Positions 18,956 through 30,600 of a stretch of 64,000 nt of DNA are shown piece by piece (the stretch's first letter is position 1; each line of letters begins with the position of its first letter). The notes beneath the pieces are model-generated. The model saw only the letters and a program-made list of their open reading frames with translations, ran no database searches and had not been told where the DNA came from. Source of the DNA: Myxococcota bacterium (GTDB taxonomy: Bacteria; Myxococcota_A; UBA9042; PHBI01; JAWLBL01); NCBI GenBank assembly GCA_041687695.1, contig JAWLBL010000011.1, positions 32,001-96,000 of the forward strand. The letters are read 5' to 3'. The position numbers were made by a program, and so were the translations under genes.

Positions 18956-20424
18956 CGCGAGCTCCGGACCGGCACGCCCTCGAACCGCGCCGGCGCGCAC
19001 CCGTGGCCCACCGACATGATCTGCATGGGGTCACCCTTGCCGCAGTACATCCAGCCCCACATCCGCCAGGCCTCGGGGCCCGCGACGCCCGAGCACGCCT
19101 TCCAGAAGCGCGGCGTCACGTCCGCGTAGACCGGGTTCTTGTACAGCTTGCCCGTCAGCCGGCCGCCCTTGACCTCGTAGGCGGCCTCGCAGCTGAACTG
19201 GAAGTTCAAGCGTAGGTCGTCGATGGACCAGCTCTTGTTGACGCTCAGCATCAGGCCGTCGTCGACGCCGCCCAGCAGCTCGTCCAGCGAGCCGGTCCCA
19301 GGCTCGAGGTTGACGTTGATCATCCGGACGACCGGCTGGCTCCACCAGCTCTCGGCGCGCAAGCAGCCCGCCGACGGGCGGTCCACCGCGGCCGCCGAGT
19401 CGCGTCCCGACAGGAACCCCACGAAGCGCCCGCGATCGACCAGCGGCGTGCGCGTCGCCGGCGTGCCTTCGTCGTCGAAACCGAACGTCCCCGGACCCAG
19501 GGGCGAGGTCGCGTCGGCGGTCAGCGAGACGTGCTCGGAGCCGTACGTGAGCCGGTCCATCGCCTCGGGCAACAGGAAGCTGGCCCCCGCCAGGCTGATC
19601 TCCTCGCCCAGCACCCGGTCCAGCTCGGTCGGGTGGCCGACCGACTCGTGGATCTGCAGCGACAGCTGCGCCCCGTCGAGCACCACCGTCGTCGCGCCCG
19701 CGGGCGTCGGCTCGGCGCGCGTCAGCGCCACCGCCTCGGCGGCCAGCCGCCCCGCCTCACCCGGCAGATCCATCGCGCGCACCTGCTCGAAGCCGCCCTG
19801 CAGGACGTTGCCCTCGTGGCTCTTGGGCGCCGAGCGCACCTGCACGTCGCCGTCGTCGCCCACCGCCAGCGCCGCGAGCCCCGCGCCGCTCAAGGTCACG
19901 CGCTGGTCGACGGCGCTGCCGTTGGACGCCCGGAACAGCGTCCCCGTCCGCTGCGCGACGAGGCTCCCCTTGGCCGCCTTGACCCCGGCGGTCGCCAGGA
20001 TGCGGGCGTGCGCGTCGCCCATGAGCGCGACCTTCTCGGCGAGGGCCACCTCGAACGGATCCTCGGTCAGCGGCGTCTCGTAGCGCCCCATGACCGGCGC
20101 CGGTAGCTCGACCCGCTGCCGCGCCGACCGGGCGGTAGCGCGCGCAGCCTCGACGGCGGCTCGCGCCGCACGCGTCACCCCGTCCGGATCGAGCAGGTTC
20201 GTCGCGCCGTAACCCCAGCCGTCTCCGACCAGCGCCCGCACGCCCAGGCCCACGTCGTCCGTCGTCGCCGCCAGCTCGAGCCGCGCGTCGCGCAGCTCCA
20301 GGCTCTCGCGGCGCCGCTCGACCAGCCGCACCTCGGCATAGCGGGCCCCCGCCGCCAGCGCCGCCTCGATGGCCCGCGCGCACAGCGCCTCGAAGCGGTC
20401 GGCCGAACCCGGCGCCCCGCTCAG
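18952..20424 (-). CDS. tldD: TldD family metalloprotease
   Basis: HESVGHPTELD, FDDEGTP, CGKGDP...VGHG. The frame stays open upstream of GTG 20331 through GARYAEVR to a CTG at 20424 preceded by AAGGA; start inferred. Confidence 0.9.
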   Translation of the reverse strand: MSGAPGSADRFEALCARAIEAALAAGARYAEVRLVERRRESLELRDARLELAATTDDVGLGVRALVGDGWGYGATNLLDPDGVTRAARAAVEAARATARSARQRVELPAPVMGRYETPLTEDPFEVALAEKVALMGDAHARILATAGVKAAKGSLVAQRTGTLFRASNGSAVDQRVTLSGAGLAALAVGDDGDVQVRSAPKSHEGNVLQGGFEQVRAMDLPGEAGRLAAEAVALTRAEPTPAGATTVVLDGAQLSLQIHESVGHPTELDRVLGEEISLAGASFLLPEAMDRLTYGSEHVSLTADATSPLGPGTFGFDDEGTPATRTPLVDRGRFVGFLSGRDSAAAVDRPSAGCLRAESWWSQPVVRMINVNLEPGTGSLDELLGGVDDGLMLSVNKSWSIDDLRLNFQFSCEAAYEVKGGRLTGKLYKNPVYADVTPRFWKACSGVAGPEAWRMWGWMYCGKGDPMQIMSVGHGCAPARFEGVPVRSSR

Positions 20425-21500
20425 GGGGTGTCCTTGGGCTTGACCAGGCTGCGGAACAGGCCCGGCAGGTCGATGTTCAACATCACCTTCACCGGCTCCT
20501 CGCCGGCCGGCTGCGCGCCGGGCTCGGCGCCCTCGGCCTTGGCCTCGCCTCCAGCCGCGGCCGCGCCCTCCGCCGGCGTCTCGCCCTCGCTCCGCGCCTC
20601 GGCCTCACCGGAGGCCGCGGTCGGGACGTCGACCTCCTTGGGGATGAAGGCGCTCGCCAGCGCGCCGAACATCGACGCAAGCAGCTTGGGGCCGTGCTCC
20701 TTGATGAACTCGTTGTCGAGCTGCACCGTCGCCTGGCCCTTCTGACCCGGCTCGACCACGTTGCGCAGCAGGTACTCGTTCACGGCGCCCTTCAGGTTCG
20801 TCTTCAGCCGCGACTCGAGCTCGCCCACCTTGGCCCGCGCCTGCTCCTTCTTCTGACGCACCGCGCCCAGGTCGACCACGTTGTCCGAGTCGTCGCCGCC
20901 CGCCTCACCGGCGGCCGTCGTCGGCACCTTGAGCCCCTCGGGGAAGCGCGAGGCCACGGCCGAGAACAGGTTGGTCACCAGATCCTTGGCGCCGGACTGG
21001 ATGCGGTCGATCTGCACCGACTTCAGGTCCACCTGCCCGTCGGGCCCCAGCTCGACCCCGAGCTTCTCGTTGAGCACCTTGGACGCCGAGGCCCGGATGG
21101 CCGCCGCGATGTCCTCCGGCGAGTGCGCCTGAGCCTCGGCCTCGGCCTCGGGTCCCGGTTTGGGCTTCGCCTCGGCCTTGGGCTTCGCACCCGCTTCGGC
21201 CTTCGCCTCGGCCTTGGGCTTCGCACCCGCTTCGGCCTTCGCCTCGGCCTTGGGCTTCGCCTCGGCCTTGGGCTTCGCACCCGCTTCGGCCTTCGCCGCG
21301 GCCTTGGGCTTCGCCTCCGCCTTGGGCTTTGCCTCGGCCTTGGGCTTCGCCGCTGCCTTGGGGGTGCCCTTGGCCGGCGCGTCGCCCGACTTGGCCCCAC
21401 CGCCAGCCGCCTTCGCCTTCGAGCCGGCCGCCGCCTTCGTGGTCTTCTTCGCGTCGCCCGCCGACCGGGTGGTCGGGGTCTTCTGATCGTCCTTCGCCAT
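20421..21500 (-). CDS. Hypothetical protein with histone-H1-like (AKPKAE)n N-terminus and a duplicated C-terminal domain
   Basis: GGAG RBS, ATG 21500; about nine AKPKA(E/A) units; acidic Gly/Ala linkers; two similar helical segments each ending in VPT. Confidence 0.75.
   Translation of the reverse strand: MAKDDQKTPTTRSAGDAKKTTKAAAGSKAKAAGGGAKSGDAPAKGTPKAAAKPKAEAKPKAEAKPKAAAKAEAGAKPKAEAKPKAEAKAEAGAKPKAEAKAEAGAKPKAEAKPKPGPEAEAEAQAHSPEDIAAAIRASASKVLNEKLGVELGPDGQVDLKSVQIDRIQSGAKDLVTNLFSAVASRFPEGLKVPTTAAGEAGGDDSDNVVDLGAVRQKKEQARAKVGELESRLKTNLKGAVNEYLLRNVVEPGQKGQATVQLDNEFIKEHGPKLLASMFGALASAFIPKEVDVPTAASGEAEARSEGETPAEGAAAAGGEAKAEGAEPGAQPAGEEPVKVMLNIDLPGLFRSLVKPKDTP
21140..21362 (-). repeat. Coding tandem repeats (18-bp GCCAAGCCCAAGGCCGAG-like units) encoding AKPKAE
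   Basis: Repeated ggcttcgcctcggccttg / ggcttcgcacccgcttcggccttc on the + strand. Confidence 0.9.
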
Positions 21501-21649
21501 GGTCTGCTCCCGCTCGAAAGGTGCCGGGACACTAACCGAAGCGGCGCGGGCTTGCATCCCGCGGGCGCTCGGTCCCGGATGGTGTGCGTAGGGGAGGGCG
21601 GCGCGAGCCCTCACAGGGAGGGCCGCGCCGCGCGGCTCGTCGTCAGGCC

Positions 21650-24600
21650 CTACCAGCTGATGCCGTTGTTCCGGAACAGCTGGCGCGCCCGGTCGTCCTC
21701 GCGGCCGTCGACGGCGCGCAGGATGCGGTTGGGCCCGCCCGCGTGGGTGACGACCCGTCCGATGTCACCGGCGCGCGCCGAGTGCTCCAGTACGGTGATG
21801 ATGCACTCCTGGTCGGCCTCGCCGCACCAGCCCTTGATCATCTCGTCGATCATCTTGCCGCGCATCTCGGGGACGGCGTGGCGGTGGTCACCGCGCCGCA
21901 CGGCCGCGCGCATCTGGTCGTCGGCGCCGAAGAAGGCGCTGAGCAGACCCGGGCGCGGGCCGCTGAAGAAGCCCTTGATGCTGCTCCACCAGTCCGGCAT
22001 GTACGGCTCGATGAGCTCGAGGATCGTCGCCGCGGCCCGCAGGAACGCCTGGATGTCGCGCTTGATGCCGTCGAAGCTGATGTCGCCGCAGATCACCTTC
22101 CAGATGATGTAGATGAGGACGCCCGCCGGGCCGTAGGTCAGGCCGACCCGGACGATGTCGGTCAGCAGCCGGATGAGGCGGAAGGCCGCGCCCACGCCCT
22201 CGGCGATGATCTTGATGCGGTCGATGTGCTGCTGCAGCTGCCCCAGCGGGTTCTCGCGGTTGCCACCCTGCTGGGCCTGCTGCGACATCTGCTGGCCGCT
22301 CTCGAGCTGCGGTCCGTCCTGCACGTTGTTCGCCGCGCTCGAGGCCTCGGGCACGATGTTGCGCGCCGACGACTCGCTCGTGCGGGCCTCGGCGTTGCGC
22401 GTCGCCGGCGGGAAGGCCGGGCGCTGAGCGGCCGCGCGCGGCTCGGCCGAGGCCGGGTCGTCGCCGAACTTGTAGGTCTTGCCCCACTCGAAGCGGAACA
22501 GCTCGCCCAGCGGCTTGTGCCACTCCGTCAGGTTGTGGCGGAACTCGCGGCCGAGCGTGGCCTGCAGGTACGGCCGCGCGTACAGATCCAGCGTCGGGGC
22601 CAGCGTCACGCCGACGCCCAGCTCGCCGGAGTACTTGCCGGCGCGGCCGCGCAGGACGCCGTAGGGCTGCACCCGCACCGGCGCGTTCAGCCGGACCTCA
22701 CCTTCGATGCCGACGCCGGCGTTCAGCCCCGGCACGCCGACCGACAGGCCCGCGTACGCCATGACCGCGGCCTGCGCGTTCAGCCCCCAGTTGAGCTGCA
22801 GCAGCGCCTCGAAGTCCGGGATGTTGCCGCGCAGCGGCCGGAAGTTCGACACGCCGATGGTGGTCGAGAACGTCAGCGCCTCCATCCCGAGGCCCATGCC
22901 CGCGGCGATGCCGAGGTCGAGGTTGACGCCCGGGAACAGGACGATCGACTGCTTGGGCAGCAGATCGAACTTGGTGCTGAACAGATCCCGCGCCTGGACC
23001 AGCGGGACCTGCGAGACCGAGAGCGAGCCGCTGAGCACCGGGTCCAGGGTCTGATCGACCTCGACGCCCAGGGTGCCGCTGATCATGCGGTTGATCGCGT
23101 AGTCGACCGTGCCCGCGATGCGGAAGGTGTTGTCCTCGTTGTAGGTCGCCGAGACCCGGCCGCCGATCCGGCGCCCGGTGCGCGGGTCGTTGAGCAGCGT
23201 GAAGTCCAGCGTGCCGCTGCCCGAGTAGATGTCGCGCGTCCCGTCGTTGCGCCAGTTCAGGTTGAACGTGCCGCGCATGTTGTTGAGCGGCGGGATGACG
23301 ATGGCGCCCGACCCGCCGGCCGAGACCAGGCGGTTGTTCTCGACGCGCGCGCGGCCCGACAGGCGCTCGACCCGGACGTTGCCGCCCAGCAGCTCGAACG
23401 GCCGCATCATGGTCGCCGAGCCGTCGACGTACTCGAGCGTGTTGGTGACGGCGTTGTACATGCCGTCCGCGTTCAGCGAGATCAGCGGGCGGCCGTCGGT
23501 CCACAGCTCGCAGTTGAGCGTGCCGCCGAGGCGGCGCAGCTCGCTCTGGACCACCTCGCCGTTGCCGCCCGAGCCGCGCTTCAACTTGAGGACCGTGTTC
23601 GAGCCCAGCGTGTACTCGATGTCGCGGCCGAGGCGGATGTTGCCGTTGCCGTCGAACTTCTTGGTCTCGGCGTCGTAGGTGCCGTTGGCGGAGCCCGTCA
23701 GCAGCGGCTCGGCCTCGCCGTCCATGATCTTGAAGGGCACCGACCCGTCGACGCGGGTCAGCGCGTTGTTCTCGATGTGCGCCGTGGCGCCGGCGCCGAC
23801 CGCCAGCCAGAACTCGTAGCTGCCGATCTGCGCCAGGCGCTTGTCGCGCGTGATGCGCGCCTCGCCCGACCCGGTGAACCCGGTCCCGCCGGCCGCGTCG
23901 AAAGAGCCGCCCAGGCGCACGGTCAGGTACGCCCCCTGCTCGTCCTCGAGCCGCAGGTTGATCTGCCCGCCGACCGTCTGGAGGCTGTTGTTCAGCACCG
24001 ACGCGGTCGCGCCCGTGCCGCGGCAAAGGAACAGGTTCTGGCCGCCCAGGCTGGCCAGCTGCTTGTCACGCAGCACCTCGGCCGAGCCGTTGCCCGTGAA
24101 GTTGGCGCCCGGGAAGTCGTAGGTGGCCGTGGCCTCGATCTGCACGAAGGGGCCGGTCGCGTCGTCGATGCGCGCGTTGACCGTCCCGCCGATGGTCGTG
24201 ATGTCGCTGCTGACGAGGGTGATGTTCGCGCCCGTGCCCGGCAGGGCCTTGAGCGTGTACTCGCCGACCGTGGCGACCTGGTACTCCTGCAGCAGCGAGG
24301 CCGTGCCGGAGCCGTTGAAGCCTTCGGCCTCGGTGTAGCGGCCCTCGAGCGCGACGCGCGCGAACGGCCCCTGGGCGTTGTCGACCCGGACGTTCAACGT
24401 GCCGCTGAGCTCGTCGACGTTGTTGTTCGTGACCTCGATGTGGGCGCCGCTGGTCACCTCGAGCCAGGCGACGTAGCCGGCCGCGGTGGTCAGCATCTGC
24501 TTTTCGCGCGTGACCTGCAGCGTGGCGCTGGCGCGCGTGATCTGCCCGCCCTCCTGGTTCGAGTAGGTCGCGTCGCCGCTGGCCCGCAGGAACTCGCCCT

Positions 24601-27600
24601 GCGCGTCGTGGATGCCGACGTTGAGGGTGCCCGTCGCCTGGGTCAGCACGTTCTGCTCGACGGTGGCCGTCAGGCCCGTGCCCGGCTCGAGGTAGAACGA
24701 GTAGCCCTGCGCCCCGACGTTGTCGGCCACCAGGAACTGCCGCAGCAGCGTCGCCGAGCCCGAGCCCGAGAACATCTGGTCGGCGTGGGTGTAGGTGCCC
24801 TGCAGCTGGATGTCGATGAGGTCGAGGGCCTCGGGCGTCTTGATGAGCAGCGGGATGTTCGCGCTCAGCGAGTGCAGCTGCATGTCCTGGACGCTGATCT
24901 GGGCCCCGGCGCCCTCGTTCAGCCACAGCTGGTAGCCCTCGTAGCGCACGCCGAGGTCGATGGGCCGCACGGCCCGCGCCTCGCCCGTCACGTCGAGATC
25001 CGGCGTCGGGCCCGCCGTGTAGCGCCCGTTGACCGTGCACTCGATGGCCGGGCTCGTGCCCTCGTCGACGCGCACGTTGACCGTGCCCTCGACCCAGTCC
25101 AGCGCGCTCTGCGTGATCTTGAGCGACACGCCCGTGCCGCCTGTCAGCCAGAAGTGCCAGTTGCGGTCGCCGACCCCCTCGGGGGACATGTCGATGGCGC
25201 CCAGCAGCGTCACCGTGCCCTCGGCGTCGATGATGGCGTTCTGACCGTCCGCGACGTTGTACTCGGCCGAGAAGTCGCCCGTCGCGAACGCCTGCGCGTC
25301 CTTGTCGACCCGCAGCTTCAGCGTGCCGCCGAGGTGGACCAGCTGGCTCTCCTCGACCCGCGCGGTGCCGCCCGACCCGGTCGCCAGCCAGATGCTGTAG
25401 CCCTCGCCGGCCTCGGAGATCAGGATGTCGCCGACGACCTCGATCTGACCGGACGCGTTCAGGCCGCCGCCCGCGACGTAGCTGGTCTGCAGCGTGACGC
25501 GGACCTTCGGCTCCGTCGCCTCCTTGGCGATGAGGATGAAGGTGCCGTTGACCTCGGTGATGCGGCTCTGCGCCGCCGAGCCCGAGAAGTTCGTCCCCTC
25601 GCCGATGAAGGTGTGGAACCGGCCCGACTCCTCCCAGGCGATCTCGCGGATGACGTTGAACGTCACGTTGCCCGAGAAGCCCTCGGCGTCGCCGACCTTG
25701 TAGCGGCCGTTGACCGACCCGTTGGCGACCTCGTCGGCGTTGTGCAGGAGCTTGGCGCCGATGTCGATCTGCGCGTAATCGAACGCGTTCTCGGCCACCG
25801 AGACCCGCAGGCTCGCCCCCTGGCAGAAGACCAGGCTGTAGGACTCGAAGCGCCCGTTGGCCGCGTCGACGCCGCTCGCGGTCAGGACGTAGTCGCGGAC
25901 CAGGCTGAAGTCGCCCTCGCCGCTGAAGATGTTGTTGGTCGCCTCCCAGCGGCCCTCGACGGTGCCGGTCGCCAGCGGCTCGGCGCCCTGATCGAGGCGC
26001 AGGTTGATCTGCCCGGCGATCCACTGCAGCTCGTTGGCGCGGATCTCGCCCTGCGCGCCGGTGCCGCGGCAGATGAACGCCGTGTAGTCCTGCCCGAGGG
26101 CGGTCAGCCGGCGGTCGTTCAAGATCTCGGCGCTGCCCGTGCCGCTGAAGAGCTGGCCCGGGTAGTCGTAGCTGGCCTCGGCCTCGATCTTGAGGAAGTC
26201 GCCCTCTTCGTCGACCAGGCGCGCGTTGAGGGTCCCGCCGAAGCTCTGGATCTCGCTGCCGACCACGCCGACGCGCGCCGACGTGCTGGGGTCGACCCAG
26301 AGCGTGTAGCCCGCGAAGGTGCCGACCTCGATGGCCACGAGCAGCTCGGCCTCGCCCTCGCCCGTGAAGCCCTCGGCCGGGGTGTACGACCCGACGAGCT
26401 CGGCCGTGGCGAACGGCGCGCCGCCCTTGTCGACGCGGAGGTCGATGGTCCCGCCGACCCGGTCGAGCTGGTTGTTCGTGACGTGGAACAGCGAGTTCGA
26501 GCCCTGCGTGATGGTGAAGGCGTACTCGCCGGCCGTCGCCATCTGCTTGTCGCGCGTGAACTCGGCCGATCCCGTGATCGTCAGGTTGGCGGCCTCGCCC
26601 TCGCGGGCGTAGACGACCTCTCCGCGGGCCTCCACGAACTGCCCCTCGGCGTCGTGGACGCTGGCGATGAGGTTGCCGCGCAGCTCACGCAGGTCGTTGT
26701 CGGTGACGACCGCCGTGATGCCCGTCGACGGCTCGACGTAGTAGCTCCAGTTCAGCGGCGCGACGTTCTCGGCCACCGGCACGCGGCGCAGCAGGCTGGC
26801 CGTCCCCTGGCCGTTGAAGCGCTGGTCCGCGTGGGTGTAGGTGCCCTGCAGCTCGACCGCGACCAGGCCCCCCTGCGCGTCGTCGATGCGCATCGGGATG
26901 GTGGCGCCCAGCGAGTGCAGCGCCGACTGGCGCACGTCGATCTCGGCGCCCGCCCCCTCGACCACCTTCAGGCTGTAGCCGTTCCAGGCGACCAGCTCTT
27001 TTTCGCGCGTGACGGTGACCGTCCCGGTCCCCGTGAAGTCCCGCTGCGCGTGCGTGTAGCGGCCGTTCGCGTTGGCCGACAGGAACTCGCCGCTGGCGTC
27101 CTCGACCGACAGGTTCACGTTGCCGTCGATCCACTCGAGGTCGCTCTGCAGGACCGAGATGCCCACCTGCGTGCCGGGCAGCACGATGAAGCGGTACTCG
27201 GGGCTGCCCTCGGGCGTCACGTCCAGGCGGCCGAGCAGATCGACCTGGCCCGTGGCGTCGACGCGCGCGCTCTCGCCCTCGGAGACCTCGTAGGTCGCCG
27301 TGAAGTCGCCCGTCGCGAAGGTCTCCTCGTCCTTGTCCATCCGCAGCTTGATGGTGCCGCCCACCCGCTGCAGGGCGTTGGCCGCGATGACCGCCTCGCC
27401 CCCGGACGTCGCCGCCAGGAAGAGCTTGTACCCGGTCCCCACGTCCGAGATCAGGACGTCGTCGACCACCTCGACCACGCCGGTGCCGTTGACCCCGGCC
27501 TCGGGCGTGTAGTCGCAGGTGACGGTGACCTTGATCTTGTCGGTCTCCTGCTCCTTGAACAGCAGGATGAAGGTCCCGTTGGCCGAGGTGACCCGGCTCT

Positions 27601-30600
27601 GCTCCATCACGCCGGTGAAGGTCGTGCCCTGGTCGATGAAGGTCGCGAAGCGCCCCGACTCGTCCCAGGCGACCGGCGCGATGCAGGTCATCTGCACGGT
27701 GCCGCTGAAGCCCTCGGCGTCGCCCAAGCGGTAGTCGCCGTTGACCGACCCGTTGGCGACCTCCTCGTACTGGTGCAGCAGCTTGCCCTGCACGTTCACG
27801 TTGGCCGTGTCGAGGTTGTTGTCGGTCACCCGCACGGTGATGCCCGACCCCGCGGCGAAGACCAGGTGCCACGCCTCGATGCGCGTGCCGCCGCCCTCGG
27901 CCGTGTTGGCCTCGCCGCCGAAGACGAGATCCTGGGTCAGCGTGAAGGTCCCCTCGCCCGAGAAGCGGTCCTGGGTCATGTCCCAGGTGCCGTTCAGCAC
28001 GCCCCGCGCCTGCTCCTGTCCGTGCAGGTTCACGACCATGTTCAGGTCGGCGCCGACCTCGCTGAAGGCGTTGTTGGTCAGCGTCCCGTGGACGCCCGAG
28101 CCCTGCAGGACCTTGAGCTGCAGCGCCGGATCCTGCGGCTCGCCGTCCTGGGTCTGCGTCGCGCGCGGGTGGTCGAAGTCGCGCGCCGTCACGACGTTGA
28201 AGCTGCCCGAGAAGTCCCAGGTCGTCAGATCCAGGTTGGCGTCGGTGAGATCGCCCTCGAGCAGCGGCCCATCCACGTCGTGGATCTGGAAGCGGAGGTT
28301 GCCGCCGATGCGCGTCAGCGCGTTGTCGCTGACCGTGCAGCCGATGGTCGTGTCCGGCTGGACGACGAACTTCCAGCGGCCGTCCTCGGTCTGCCGCTCG
28401 ATGGCCTGCTTGAGGGTCAGCTCGCCCTCGAAGCTCACCGACCGGTTCTGCACGTCGTAGGTGCCGCCCTCGATGCTGCCCTCGAGGAACAGCGCGCCGG
28501 CGCGGTGGTACTCGGCGTGGACGGTCGTCGTCAGCGTGGTCAGCTGGCTGCCCGCCATGTCGCCGCGGACAGAGCTGTCCTCGAGCAGGATCAGCTGGTC
28601 GGCGCCGCCGTTGACGGGGATGGTCACGGCCTCTCGCAGGGTGCCCGACAGCGACCCGCCGAAAGCGCCCGTCTCGCCCGAGTACTGGCCGTTCAGCTCG
28701 CCCTGCAGCTTGACCGGGATCTCGCCGTCGATGTCGGCGTGGTACGGGATGGTCCCGTTCAGCGACGTCAGGCGGCTCTGCGTGATGGTCGCCTCGATGC
28801 TGCCGCCTTCCTTGAAGACGACGGTCCCCCACTCGGCCGTGATGGGCCACTCGGCCGCGACCTGCGCCGTCCCGGTCGCGTCCAGCATCCCGGTCTGGAA
28901 GTCCAGCGTCCCGCCGAGCGTCCCCTCGACCCGGCCCATGGTGACGTCCGCGCCTTCGCCCTGGGCCGACGCCGGGTTGATGACCGTGAACTCGCAGTTG
29001 GTCAGCGTCGCCGTCTGCAGCGCGCTCTCGGCGATGGTGACCGTGATGGTCGCGCCTTCCTTGACGAACACCGGCCCGGCCGCCCGGTCGGGGTAGCCGT
29101 ACTCGGCCGTCAGCGTGAACGAGCCCTCGCCCGAGACCTGTCCCGTCTCGCCGTCGAAGTTGAACCCGACCGTGCCGGTGCCCACCTCGCCCGCCGGCTC
29201 GGCCACGGTGAAGGCCAGGCCGCTGTTGATGGCCGACACGCGGTTGTCGGTCAGCTGCGCCTCGGCCGACGCGCCCTCGGCCACCACCATGTGCAGCCCG
29301 GCCGCGTCGCCGAAGGTCAGCTGACGGGTCGTCGTGACGTTGCCCGTGCCGCTGATGAGGTTCTCGGGCACCCGCCAGACGCAGTCGGTGACCGTCACGT
29401 CGAAGGTCGGCTGGCCCTCGTAGGGCACCTCGGCCCGCGCGTGGGTCAGGGCGACCTGCGTCAGGACGTTCGCCTCGAGGACCGCCTCGCCGCGCGCCTC
29501 CTTCAAGACGGCGCCGCTGTCGCCCAGCGGCAGCTCCTGCCGCAGGGTGGCCTCGCCGCGGGCGCTCAGCAGCTGCTGCTGCACGTCGTAGGTCCCGCTG
29601 ACGGTCCCCTCGACCAGCGGGTGGGTGAGCCGCGCGCTGGCCCCGACCTCGGTCAGCTCGCCGTTTTCGATGGCCAGCGTCAGCTGCCCCTCGGTCAGCG
29701 TCACGTCCTCGTAGGTCAGCGGCGCGATCTGGTTCAGGGTCCCGCGCGCGCTCCACGTGCCCGTCCGGTGCGTGTAGCTGGCGTCGATGGTGGCCGACGC
29801 CCAGTCGCGCACGGTCACGGTCAGGCTGCCGGTCGTCGTGAAACCGTCCTCGGCGCTGTACTCGCCCGTCAACGTCCCCGACGACAGGGTCACGCCCTCG
29901 AACAGGGTGACCGGCTCGGCCATGGCGACCGTCACCGTCCCGCCGAACGCCCCGTCCGCGAACCGCGCCGAGAAGGTGACCGTCCCCAGGTGCTCGACCG
30001 CGCCCACCAGCTCGCCCGACGCGCTGATCGCGCCGTCTTGCGCCAGCGCGACCGTCAGCGACCCGCTGGTCAGCGTCAGGCCCGGCATCAGCGTGACCTG
30101 ATCGTGCGTCAGCGTCGCCGTGCCGGTGACACCCTCGCTGCCCAGGGTCAGGTCGATGGTCCCGCTCAGCGCCGAGCCCAGCTGCAGCTGCGCGCCGGTG
30201 ATGGTCGTCGTGATCTCGGCGTCGGCGTTCACCTCGAGCTGGACGTCGTCCATCCGGATGTGCTCGCCGATGGCCACCGCCCCCTTGAGCGTGCCGGTCT
30301 GCAGCGCCCACTGCTCGTCGAACGTGACCTCGGCCTCGGTGATGGTCACGCCCGTCAGCAACGTCAGGTTCAGCTCGCGGACCGTGATGCGTCCGTTGGT
30401 CTCTTCGGCGTCGCTCGGCAGCCGCAGCTCGATCCGGCGCCCGGCCAGCGTCAGATCCAGCTTGGTCGGCCGCGCCGCCCCCGGCTCGGTCCCCTCCGCC
30501 GGCGCCTGCTCCTGCGCGGTGGCGGCGTCCGTGTCGGCGGCGATGTTCATCGCCGGCAGGACCTGCGTCGGGCGCGAGATGCCGTGGCCCGCGGCGAAGT

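Noticed and set aside
21512..21526. Second sigma54-like motif (CGGCACCTTTCGAGC) before the K-rich gene
   Set aside because: Poor -12 element, and the implied TSS would fall at the ATG, downstream of the evident RBS.
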